DNA of 64,000 nt. It comes from Alphaproteobacteria bacterium. GTDB taxonomy: Bacteria > Pseudomonadota > Alphaproteobacteria > MPNO01 > UBA830. The stretch is from contig OZ219791.1 in NCBI GenBank assembly GCA_964291215.2, forward strand, positions 160,001 through 224,000. The letters run 5' to 3'. Positions 10,378 through 21,244 of the stretch are shown in pieces. Each line of letters opens with the position of its first letter. Positions within the stretch are counted from its first letter, which is position 1. The translations under genes and the position numbers were made by a program. The notes beneath the pieces were generated by a model. It had not been told where the DNA came from, searched no databases, and was given only the letters and a program-made list of their open reading frames with translations.

Positions 10378-13300
10378 GTAACTGCTCACCCCCTGGCTCC
10401 GGCTTGATGTCGGGGTAGGCAACGAACGGGTTTTCGTGGAGATTTGACACTGCATGCCGATTCGCTTAGTGGTGGTCATCGAGAACGACGGGGACCGCCA
10501 GTGGGCTACTTTGGATCGAAGGCGACGAGCGGGCTGTGCCAGCTACTTCCGGGGCTCCAGCCTCCGCATGATCTGTATGTGGAAACGCATCTCGGAGGCG
10601 GCGCGCTGATGAAGCGCAAGGCCGGGTGATGGCGACGGTCAACGCGGCGCGCGAGGAGTTCGAAGCGGCCAAGACTGCGGCGCTGCCGGCAAGGTGCCGA
10701 AAGAGGCCGTGATCCGCGTCTTCGTCATCCTGCTCGACATCATCATCGTCGTCCTTCTGGAGAAGACCACGCACGAGCCGGAACTCCGGTCTGCCGCCGT
10801 CACAGACGGACAAGAGCGTGCCGGGAGCAACGGCCCGAAGCCGAACCGGCAGATGGGCGACAACCTGCGCAAGACCATCGTCGAGGAAACGGTCGCGGCC
10901 TGCGACGCCTGCGGCGCCGACGGCCCCGTCGATCGGGAGCGCCGCACGACATCGTGTTCGAGGTCGTCGAGCGCCGCGCCGAGATCAAGGAATGTCCGAA
11001 GTGCAAGGCCCGGGGCCGGTTCCCCGACAACATCCCGTGCAGTACGGCATCGGCATTCAGGTCCTCGTCATCAACCTGCTGGTCGCCCAGATGCTGTCCC
11101 TGCGCCGTCGCGTTCGTGCAGGCGATCTCCGGCATCAAGCTCTCCGAGGCAACCTGCCTCAGCTATGCTTTCACGATGCGCTCGTGTCATGGGAGGAGGC
11201 CGCCGTGGCGCACCTCCTGCAACGCCCAGCCCTGCATGTCGACGAGACCGGATTTCGGATCAACAGTAAGTGGCTCCATGTCGTGGGACCCTGACGTGCA
11301 AGTTCCCGCACCGCAAGCGCGGCCGGGAGGCAAGAGATCGGCATCATCCCGCGCTACAAGGGCGTCCTGGTCCACGACTGCTGGGCCTCGTACATGGGCT
11401 ATGACCAGTGTAGCCACCAGCTGTGCGGCAGCCACCTGCTGCGCGAACTGACCTTTGTCGTCGAGGCTACCGCTGGGCGCGGCTGATGAAGAGCCTGCTC
11501 CGCGAGGTCTGCCACAAGGTCAACAAGAGCGCATCCAAGACCCTGAACGACGCCGGGCGCAAGCGCTACCGCACCATCAGGGCGCCAGGGAACTGCCCGA
11601 TATCCTGCCGCCGCCAAAAGGAAAACGTGGACGCATAGCAAAGTCCGACGCGCACAACCTGCACGAACGTCTTGTGAAACACGAAAAGTCAGTCCTGCGC
11701 TTCACAGACGACCATTGCGGTAGGGAACCGGGTTACCCCCCGCACAGAACCGGACGTGCGCTGTTCGCTCCTCCCCTGACGACAAGGCGCTGGTTTGGCC
11801 ACGGGTGGCGGATGCTGGCTCAGTGGGCAGCGGCGAGGGTGTCTATGTCCCCGGTGAAGTCCTTTTGGGAGCGTCGCCGAAGGGCACGCAGCCGTTTGCA
11901 TTGGTGTATGAACCCCTGCAGGGATTGACTGCTTCCCGGGACGGCGTAGTAGCAGCCGTTGATGACTCACCACTTGGCCGTTTCGTGCCGGTTGTCGTGC
12001 CATCGCATGCGCAAGGCCCCCTTGATCCGCCGCAGGGTGCCCGTTTGCGAGACGGTTTGCGACCGACCCTGAACCTGCCTTTCCTCGTCTGTTCGCAGAA
12101 GTGCGTCATGCCGAGGAAGTCGAACGTCTTGCCCTGCTTCCGGCGGTTCGCTCTGGCAAACCGACCGAACTCGATGATTGTCCGGGTGCAGTTCAAGTGG
12201 GCCAGCCTCTCCCCAAGGTCCCGGAGAAAGCGCTGCGCATCGCCCAGATGCTGAAAGCCGCACACGAAGTCGTCCGCATAATGATCGTGTCGCCTCCAGC
12301 CATCCGCTTGCGCCAGTGGTTCTGGAACCAGTCGCACGTAGTGCAGGTAAACGTTCGCGAGGCAGGGCGATACAATCGCCCCCTGCGGTGTTCCCTTGCC
12401 CGTATCCGACCAGTCGGTCCCTTCCATGACGCCGGCGTTTAGCCACTTGATGATCAGACCCCCCGATCCGTTTCCCGAGCATCGCAATCAGGTGGTCGCG
12501 GTCGAGATTGTCGAAGAACCCGCGGGCGTCAACGATCCAGTTGACCTTCCGCCGTTCCACCGTGACGGCGTCGAGCGCGTGATGCGCCCCGGCCGGAAAC
12601 CGTAACTAAACCCGAGGAACTCCGTTTCGTAGAGCGGCACCAGAATCACACTGCCCGCTGAAGAATCTTGTCCGAGGCAAGCGGTCGTTGCCCTCCATCC
12701 TCCTTGGGTATGTAAACCCTGGAGGCGCCCGGTACGCACCCCTGTGCACACGGGCGTGCAGGTCAACCAGTTCCACACCCTCCGCATACGCTTGCCACAC
12801 AACGCCGTCCACGCCCGCCGCCGCGTCCTTCCTCAAGGAATGGAACGCATCGTGCAGAGCGTCGACCGTCACGTGGTGGAGTAAAGACGCTCTTCCGGGT
12901 TCCTCTTCGCTACCTGCGTTCAGCCGCCTGTGACCCCCGCTTCTGCGCGCGGCGCGGGCCAACCGCATTGCCCTTCCCTCCAGCAACTCCGCAGGCTCCG
13001 AAGAACCCTTGTTCGCCGCCTTCAACGGTACTATGGCCGGATCTGACTTCTCGTTCATCATCGGTTTATGGAATAGTTCCTTTCCTCTGCGGCCCCTCCA
13101 CGACAGAGGGGCAAGACCTCCCAGGTCCCTGCTTCGGCCATGGTTCTCGGACCCCGCGGAGCCCCCCTCACCAACGCGGCTCGCGGGGTGTTGCCCACTT
13201 GGACGACCTCGGCACTCCGGTTTCAAAGCATCTCGTGGCTCAATAGCCCGGCCTGCCGCTCCCCAACGCTTCGCCTGACGCCTCACGACGCATGGTTCAC

Positions 13301-13615
13301 GGAGAAAGTGGTGGTTAGCCTCTCTTCCTGCCGGGACTTGCACCCGGCAACATTCCACCAGTTAGCCTGGCGCACCCAACGTCAACTTCACCAACAATGC
13401 CGGAGAACAGAAGATCAGGATGGCAAAGGTCAAGGTGTCCGGATGCTTCCGCTCCACGCAAAAGCATGGTGCCGGGGCTCAAGCTACCTCACCTCCATGG
13501 CCGCACTCGGCTACAATCATCACGTCGCCACCCGGATCGCCCTCGACGGAAAAGTCGCAGACATCATCAACGAGCACTACGACCAATCAGAACCCAACAA
13601 GGGGTGAGTAGATAC
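10378..13615 (+). mobile_element. IS66 family element (methyltransferase-carrying type), copy A
   Basis: IRs GTAACTGCTCACCCC / GGGGTGAGTAGATAC; 8-bp TSD CCGCCACC (10370-10377, 13616-13623); LHVDETGFR, LVHDCW, FTNNAGEQKIRMAK. Confidence 0.92.
11714..13375 (-). mobile_element. ltrA: Group II intron with degenerate RT/maturase (class E-like, tentative)
   Basis: 5' GTGCG at 13375, 3' CCCTACCGCAAT at 11714; GTPQGAIVSPCLANVYLHY and YADD motifs; removal restores IS66 codons GAC GAC CCC AAC (DDPN). Confidence 0.93.
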
Positions 13616-14876
13616 CCGCCACCTACGAAAAGCGATGCCAGATTGAGGCAGAAAAGCGGTCTTTCACAAGGTGTGATTGCTCGGCAGCTGGGCCGATCAA
13701 CAATTTTCCGGGAGATCAGGCGCAACACCGGGGGACGGGGTTACCGTCACAAGCAGGCGCAAAGGATGGCAGAAACGCAGGGCAGCCTCGTCTGTTTCCT
13801 GGCGGTTGACGCCTCGGGTTGAAGCTCAGAAAAAGCTGCGGGAGGGCCCCGAGCAGCGGCCGTTTTCGACTGGAAGGCCGTGAACGGATCCATGATCGCT
13901 GAAGATCGGAGAGCCGGGGGCGTCTTGTGGAAGAAGCTTCGGCGGCGCGGCAAGAAGCCGAACTGGAAGGGCGGAGGCCATTCCGGCGGGTGGACATTTC
14001 CGAGCGCCCTGCGGAGGCAAAGGAACGGGTCGGCTACCGGGAGCCATTATCGGCAAAGCTCACAGTGGAGCTGTCGTGTCGCTCGTGCCACGAAATACGC
14101 CTTGCCGGGTGGACAGAAAGACACGGTCGGTTCGGTCATGATCCGCCTGCTCGGCTCTGGTGCGCTATTGGTCCACACAATCACAACGGCAAGGAGTTCG
14201 CAGACCACAGGCGTGTCGCACTTGACGCAGATTTCTTCTTCGCCTTTCCATTCCCGGGAGCGCGGCTTGAATGAGCACACCAACGGCCTGGTGCGGGAGT
14301 ACTTCCCGAAGGGCACGGACTTTCGCGCGACATGCAACGAAGATGTTCAGAAGGTGCGGCTCAACACTCGGAAAGTCCTAGGATCGCCGACGGAGGTAAT
14401 CTTGAAGTGAAACCGCCCTGACCATCTGCGTTCCGAAGCCGCAACGTGCAGCAGGGTCCATGCCGCGCTACGACGAAATAGTGGCTTGAAGCCGACAAAG
14501 GCGTTGCATAAGCTCGATGTTGAAGGAACTGAAGCTGTTCCCGGGCGGAATTGAGAGGGGCAGAGGGGGAAAATTTGCGCAGCATCCGGCCCTCATCTCC
14601 GTTCGGGCTACGCCCTCACTGCGATGAGGGCCTGATGTTGCACTTCAGACTGGAAGTGGGGACCAAAAAAATCAAACGATTTTATATTTTTCCGCAGGCA
14701 CGAATTAGCATGGGAGCGTCGTGGGAGAGCAGATTCGCCCCTGCGATTCGGCATTGTCAAACCTTCGAGTTTGAGGTTTTCCTGCGCGAAATCATACGCT
14801 TGTCCCCTACAGGCATCCCCAGGGCGCACACGCGTTCCCTGTGGCATAATCGAAAAAACGCGATTCCGCATCGTCG

Positions 14877-15305
14877 TCATCGTGTTCTGGCATAGTCGGT
14901 CAGCGTCATCACGGACTGGCCATGCTCGGTCGGGGCCAAGGTGTTCGCGAATCGAAGGTCCGCAGTCAGCATGACCGCGCCGATGCGATGCGCGAGCGCG
15001 AGATAGACGCAATCGTAGATCGAACGATCGAGCGCTAGCGCCAGACGCACCGCATCGGCGGAGACGGTCTCGTCGGCGCCCCAGCGCACGGGCATGTCCG
15101 GCACGTTGGCCAGCAGGATGCCCGCGGCGCGGCGTTCTATCTCGCCCGCCCGCGCCTTGCGCCACAGCGCATTGGCGACTTCGGAGGCCATCAGGCGCGG
15201 CGCGTGCAGCTCCTCGCCGCTCGTCACCAGCTCCTGCGCAACGTCAGCATCATCTTCGACGACCAGCCGCTTGACCGCCACGCTCGCATCGACGACGAAG
15301 TGCAT
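14877..15305 (-). CDS. vapC: VapC/PIN-domain toxin
   Basis: FVVDASVAVK, EVANALW, IYDCVYLALA, LTAD acidic PIN residues. Confidence 0.9.
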   Translation of the reverse strand: MHFVVDASVAVKRLVVEDDADVAQELVTSGEELHAPRLMASEVANALWRKARAGEIERRAAGILLANVPDMPVRWGADETVSADAVRLALALDRSIYDCVYLALAHRIGAVMLTADLRFANTLAPTEHGQSVMTLTDYARTR

Positions 15306-15565
15306 CAGAAGTTATCGCGGTGACCGTGGTCGCGGTCCTCGCGGATCAGTACTTCCGCCGGCGTGTGCCTGCGCCCTTCGGTCAGGGGACGCAGTCGTTT
15401 CATGGCCTCCCCGAACGCGGCGCGCTTCGCCGCCATGTCGTCGTCGGCGGCGCATTCCAGTACATGACGCACCTCGCCCTCCAAGGAGCGGTTGTTCAGG
15501 ACGGCGCGCCGCTTGAGTCGATCCACCACATCGTCGTCGAGTTGTCTCACGTTGATCGTCGCCAT
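15305..15565 (-). CDS. FitA-like ribbon-helix-helix antitoxin
   Basis: MATINVRQLDDDVVDRLKRRA..NNRSLEGEVRHVL, LIREDRD; TGATG coupling to the toxin. Confidence 0.9.
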   Translation of the reverse strand: MATINVRQLDDDVVDRLKRRAVLNNRSLEGEVRHVLECAADDDMAAKRAAFGEAMKRLRPLTEGRRHTPAEVLIREDRDHGHRDNF

Positions 15566-15633
15566 CGGTTTATCTCCGAATATGCCATCATATTGATGGC
15601 GCTTCGTCGCGGCATTTGCAAGCCTGTGGGATG

Positions 15634-15960
15634 CAGGACCATTCTTTTGTCGGGCCTGTGGATTGCTGATGTGACAGGGACCTGGCATGGTTGAGGCACC
15701 TTGGGTTCACTGTGGGCCGGTTTCAGTGGCTGGTGCATCAGGCCGGGCACGCTTTTTCGAGTGTTCGAGCAGAGCTGTCCTGTTGCGTCGGCGCGTTCCC
15801 GGCTTGTGGCGCGGGGTCAGGAGCGAAGGTTTGTCTGCGGGATGAGGATGGCGTCGAGCGCGTCCCGGGCGCGGGCGGCGTAGTGCCGGTTGGCTTCGGG
15901 CATATGGCTGAAGTGTCCGCCGCAGCGCACGATGGCAGCGTTTGTCAAGAGGTTGCGCGG
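15634..15960 (-). mobile_element. ISAs1 3'-end remnant
   Basis: IR CAGGACCATTCTTTTGTC at 15634; C-terminal peptide TNAAIVRCGGHFSHMPEANRHYAA. Confidence 0.65.
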
Positions 15961-16144
15961 CAGGACCATTCTGTTGTCGCGATCGGCGGCGGACAACCGT
16001 GCCAGAGTGGCCGTTCTTGAAGTTGGTGGCACCGTCTCAAGGTCGGAACCGGCATATCAACAACGAAATCCGCCCCCGAATGGACCTCCAGATCTACCTA
16101 CAACGCCCCCTCGTCGGACGAAACCGGACAAAAGAAGAGCCCTG
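15961..16144. mobile_element. 184-bp MITE (ISAs1-type ends), copy 1
   Basis: IRs CAGGACCATTCTGTTGTC / GACAAAAGAAGAGCCCTG; 10-bp TSD GGTTGCGCGG; near-identical to 61823-62006. Confidence 0.92.
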
Positions 16145-16155
16145 GGTTGCGCGGC

Positions 16156-16372
16156 CAAGGTGATCCCATGCTTGTTGATGTGATGTGATCGGAGTCCTGA
16201 TCGCGGCGCAGGTCGACGCGTTCGAGTCTGCGATTTTGAGATTTGCTGACTTCTGATGCGCTGTTGCGGCGCGGGGCGCGATTGGTCGGCTGCGGTGTAT
16301 CCGGGGCGAGCGAGAGGCCTGCCGGGTTTGGTTGCCGGGCTCGAAAGCTTGCGGTTTCTGTCGGAGAGAGAG
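16156..16372 (-). mobile_element. ISAs1 right-end fragment
   Basis: Homologous to 52909-53100, begins CAAGGTGATCCCATGC. Confidence 0.8.
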
Positions 16373-17743
16373 CAGGGTGATCTTACCCCAAGTTGGCATT
16401 TTTTTGCGTCAGTTGGAGCCAAAATTTATGCGGCTGCCTCACTTAGTATATCATATGTTGGTGTTTTTTTATATTGCCTACTATATTTTTGATTGCGTGT
16501 CCGGGAGGGTCGGTGTAGTGTCGGGATATTGCCAATTCGCTCGACCCCGCCGCCAAACCCGGTATATCTGGAGCCTCGTCAACACAAAAGCCTCCAGACA
16601 ACATGTTCATCAGGGCAACCAAAACCCGCAGCACCGCAGACGGCAAGCCCGTCCACAGCCCGTGCTTTCTCAACGTATCGGCGACAAGGTCAGGCAGCGC
16701 ACCCTGCCTCGCCACCGACTATCCGATGGCGCGCAAGAACTGGAAGGAGGTTGCCGCCGAAGCGCTACTCCACGGCCACCCGCCGCTGTTCGAAGCCGCG
16801 TGCAGGCCGCAGGACATCGTCAACAGGGGCCCGGAGGTTCCGCGCCGACGCTCCGGAGGAAGACGCACGCAAATTGCGACCGTCAACCTCGACAGCCTCG
16901 AGAACCCGCGCCCGGTCGGCTGCCTGTGCCTCGAGACGCGATCTCGGCTTCACGACCTCGCGAGTGCGCTGATCGTCGCCAGGATGATCCGCCAGCGAGC
17001 GCTGGCTGCGCGATGACAGCGCGGCCGCGGAGCTTCTGGAGCGCAAGGCGCGCAAGACGCTGTACCGCATCGGCGACCTGCGTCACCGGGCCGCCAGGAG
17101 CTGTTCAACCGCGAGCGCGCGCTGCATCCCCGATACCATCGCCTTTTACGACCTGTTCACGGCCGCGCCGACGGCAAGCTTCCCCGCTTCGGGCGCTCGA
17201 AGCGCAACGATTGCCCCACGCTTGCGCGGCGCGGGCTTTCCGCGCAGTTGCGAGGTCTTGCGGGGCAACGTGAGCGAATCGGGCACGGATGCGCTGCTGA
17301 GGCTGGAGGCGGGCCCGGCGGCAAAGCCGACGACAGTCATGGACGCCGGCACCGAGGCGAACATCGCGTGGCTGGGCGAGCACGGCTACGGCTGAATCGC
17401 GGGCGGCGCCGCCCGAGGGTGGGCCCGAGGCTGATCACCAACCACGAAGTGCAGGCGCCTTGCCAGCGAGGATGGCGCGGCGTGGTCAGCGAGAGCAGGA
17501 AGAGGGCCGAGGACGCCATTCCTGGCCGCAGGGCTTCGAGACGGCAAAGCTCCACCTCTGGGCCAAGGGCCGGCGCCGCGACAAGGTGCCGGAAAGCGGT
17601 CTCGAGCAGCGCTTCTCCACCGTCGCCCGGCACTGCGAGATCACCGTCGAGAAGGCCGGCGCAACGGCCGTGCGCTTCAGCCACAGACGACAAGACAACG
17701 CGGGCGCCTGCGCACCAGCGACCGGGAGACCGTCCTTATATGA

Positions 17744-18918
17744 CTAGTGTTATGTCAGCAATGATATGTCGTACATTTGGTGCTAGACTGTCCATCCATT
17801 CGGGATGGAGGTCGGAGTATGAAACGCTACGTGGTGACCCTGGACGAGGCGGAACGGAAAGAACTTTCGGAGATCACGACCAAGGGCTCGCACCTGTCGC
17901 AAAAGGTAATCAACGCCCTGATCCTGCTTAACTGCGACGAGGGCGCGTTCAATGAATGCCAGATGACCGGGAAGGTCATTGCCGAGATTCTGCGCATCAG
18001 CATGCGCAAAGTAGACCGGGTGAAAAAGCGTTTCGTTGAAGAGGGGTTGGAGGCGGCATTGGGTGGCCGGCAAGGACGCCGTCCTACCTACATGCGAAAA
18101 GCCGACGGCGTCTTCGAGGCGCGCTTGGTGGCCCTGAGTTGTGGTGAACCGCCCGAGGGTTACGCGCAATGGTCGTTGCGGCTGCTGGCCGACCGCGTTG
18201 TTGAGCTTGGTTACACCGTGTCACACGAGACGGTGCGGCGTGTTCTAAAAAAAACTGCATCAAGCCATGGCAGCGGGTTGGGTGGGTAATTCCTCCTCAA
18301 GGGAATGCCGACTTCGCCGCGGCGATGGAGAAGGTGCTCGATGTCTATCGCCGTCCCTATGATGCCGCCTTCCCCGTGGTCTGCATGGACGAAACGCCCC
18401 GACCGGCGAGACACGGCAACCGATCGCCATGGCGCCGGGACGGGCGTAACGACTACGAGTATCGACGTTGCGGTACCTGCAACGTCTTCATGGAACCCCT
18501 GGCCGGCAAGCGCATGACCAAGGTAACCGAGCGCAAGATCGACTGGGCGCAGTTCCTGGCTGACATCGCCGAGCGCTACCAGGATGCTACCACCATCACC
18601 CTGGTGATGGACAATCTCAACACTCCCCGGCGCCTTCTATGAGGCCTACCCGCCGGACGAGGCCTTGTGGGACCGCTTCGAGTTCGTCTACACCCCCAAG
18701 CACGGCAGTTGGCTGAACGTGGTCGAACTCAACGTCATGATCCGCCAGTGCCTGAACCGCCGCATCGACTGCATCGAGGTGCTACGCCGGGAAGTTGCCG
18801 CTTGGCAGGCCTCCCGCGACCGCATTCAGGCCAAGGTGGATTGGTAGTTCACCACCGACGATGCCCGCGTGAAACTCAAACGTCTTTATCCGACATTTGA
18901 TGAATGACAAGACACTAG
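17744..18918 (+). mobile_element. IS630 type B, copy 2 (least decayed)
   Basis: CTAG both ends; ORF A 17819-18289 nearly intact, A8 slippery site, DDE half frameshifted. Confidence 0.92.
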
Positions 18919-18999
18919 GTTTTGTCCCCTTGATGATGAAATCATCCACAGCAGTTGGGGGCGGGAAAATGTGGATAACCTCGACTATGGGAGAGCTAT

Positions 19000-19185
19000 G
19001 GTTGCAAAGAGATTCCGCTCCCCTGTGTGAGAACGTACAGGGGAGCGGGGATCAAACGATCTCCGCGGAGATTGCCGTTCCGTCCTTGGCTTTATAGAGC
19101 CGTTCCCGAGCGTGGCAACCTCCTTTGGCGTCCCTTGCGTCCTGAATGGATGCTTGGGTTTGAACCGTATCATCATAAGGCGAGG
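19000..19185 (+). ncRNA. Putative IS110 bridge RNA (copy 1); boundaries approximate
   Basis: Stem GGAGATTGCC/GGCAACCTCC encloses CCGTCCT and TCCCGAG matching the insertion site; ATGGATGCT and ATAAG match the donor junction. Confidence 0.8.
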
Positions 19186-20725
19186 AACGATGGTCAAGGT
19201 AGTAGCAGGGGTCAGCCAGTCTGGACATCTGGGGCGTCGTTTTACGAACGACGCCACGGGCACGTGGCTTCGCAGCCTCGAGGTAACCCGTGTGGTGGGC
19301 GACAGGCCGCTATCACCGCAAGGTTCACCAGTGTCTTCATGACCGGGGCTTCGAGGTTGTCCTGCCCGTTGAGGGCTTCGCCAAGGCTTTGGGCCAACCG
19401 CGTTGACGCGTTGATGCTGGCCAAGATCGGCACGGTGCGATCTCGAGCCTGTGGCTCCTCAGGAAGCCTTCCTCAACTGCCTGGGGGATCTCCTGGCGCC
19501 GCGCTTGTCGACATGCGGACCAAGTTGAGGCAAGTGGCAGATGAGGTGGATGGCGAGACCGTCACAAGGGCTTCGGCGGCCGATCTCGATGACCGCATTG
19601 CCGGCGCGGCGATCAAAGCGGTGATCGCCGGTGATCCCGAGCAGAGGTACCCTGACCTCGATCCCCGGTCCAGTGACCGCCGCAGCCCTTCTTTGTTGGA
19701 TGCCCGAACTCGGCAGTCTCGACCGTCGTCAGGCGGCAGCCTTGATCGGGGTGGCGCCGATGGCCAACGACAGTGGCCACGGTGCTCGGCATATCCGAGG
19801 CGGGCGCCGGAGGCCACGTGATCTCCTGGCCGCGACCTCGGCAGCACGCTTCAACGCGGATCTGGTGTTCGAACGCCACAAGACCGCCGGCAAGGCCCAC
19901 AAAGTCGCCATTGTCGCCGTGATGCGCAAGCTCTGGCGAACACCTTGCTGCGACAGCAGCGTTGCTGGTCGACCGAAGCACCGGTGAGTGAGCGAAGGAG
20001 ACACGGCCCTCACCCCTGCCGAGAGCGCGATCGGGACTGTATCGACAGTCTCCCTACTACGACACGACTTGGGGAGAATGTCTGCAGATCATCGTCGAGG
20101 CCGACATCGAGGAGATCGAACCGCCTTGGGACACCTGGAACCCGGACGGTCACGTGCCCGGGGGCGGCAAGGTAGCCGCGTTCACGTGACCAATGGACGG
20201 CAACCCGCCGCCGGGACCACAAGCTTCATGTCGCCTCGCTCGCAGGGCAAATCCCACACCGCTTGTGGACAACCACAGAAAATATCACCGCAGACACCCG
20301 CAAAAACCTTGCCAAGAAACATGGATGCTCGGGACATGGATCACGGATATCGAGGCCACCTTCCGTTCATTGAAATCCGAGCCCGGATTGCGCCCGGCCA
20401 GCGCATCGCCGCTCACCTGTTGATCGCCGTGCTCGCCACGGTGCATCTGATCCCCGCGCGGGGCATCCACAAGTGCTGGACATCAATCCGCGAGAGCATC
20501 TGGATCAGGGTCACCACGCGCCTGCGCGCATTGATCGTCAACCGACAGGACACGCACCGCCGAGGTTGCCGAAATCTCCTCGGCGGCTGGTGTCGAACCC
20601 GCCGCACGAGGAGCCGCCTCGCAAGCTGACAGAATTCAACGGAATGTAGTGCCATGTTGAAATCGGCCGACAAAAAATCGCGCAACGTGAGAAAAATTCC
20701 AGGCCGCAAAAAGTGCCAACTTGGG

Positions 20726-21020
20726 TTTAGCTCCTAAGGACTGGAAACGGACCCTCAATCGCTGAATCCTGCAACCGACAACCAGCACAGGATGGCGCTC
20801 AGCTCCTACTCCGCAGCGCCGGGACAAAACCGCAACCAATGCGGAAAACACGGCATGTCGCCAGTGTCCGCCAACCTCACCGCGCATCCCCGCCCAGCGG
20901 TGCACGAAACCACTCCGGATGACGCTGGAACTCCCTGACAAAAGCCCGTCAAACGGACAAAAACAACAACACTTCACCGCACGAACGAACGCTTACCAAA
21001 ATCTAGCGTGGGAAAGTCCT
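20726..21020. mobile_element. ISAs1-type terminal fragment
   Basis: Ends ATCTAGCGTGGGAAAGTCCT, like ISAs1 ends at 29393-29409 and 45161. Confidence 0.55.
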
Positions 21021-21244
21021 AGCTTAACCCTAACCTGTTTCCGGAAAGGCAACGGCTTAATTCCTCCTGGCTTTCGGACCGCTCAAGCCACTCTCCTGCA
21101 TAGAATGCGTCCGCCATGAACGCGTTTGTCGGCGCTGAAAGAAGCGTGTCCGGCAATGTGACAAGATCCCGCTGGAAACGATGGGACGCTGTCGGACCCT
21201 GATATATACTCTCGTCGCTGCCGACAGCGGGGGAAGTTGCCCTC

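Larger units (their letters stand above)
10239..14661 (+). mobile_element. IS30 family element, copy 2, split by IS66
   Basis: Left IR at 10239, right IR ending 14661; sequence resumes colinear with copy 1 after 13616. Confidence 0.9.
17735..20329 (+). mobile_element. IS110 family element, copy 1 (pseudo-recombinase), with nested IS630
   Basis: CT core at both ends; removal restores IS1634 ETVLGTW; MVKVVAG.., TSIPGPVTAA, GVAPMANDSG, KAHKVAIVAVMRKL. Confidence 0.9.
16387..20725 (+). mobile_element. IS1634 family element (pseudo), interrupted by IS110 and IS630
   Basis: IRs CCCAAGTTGGCA / TGCCAACTTGGG; MFIRATKTR start, VMDAG, TDIEATFRSLKSE.GLRP. Confidence 0.88.

Noticed and set aside
11714-13375. 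Retron, DGR or defence-associated RT
   Set aside because: Has group II intron termini and precise exon restoration; no template/variable repeat or msr-msd.
2765-18918. Frameshifts as simple long-read sequencing error
   Set aside because: Neighbouring core genes are frameshift-free and the indels are 5-8 bp outside homopolymers; read-level confirmation is still needed.
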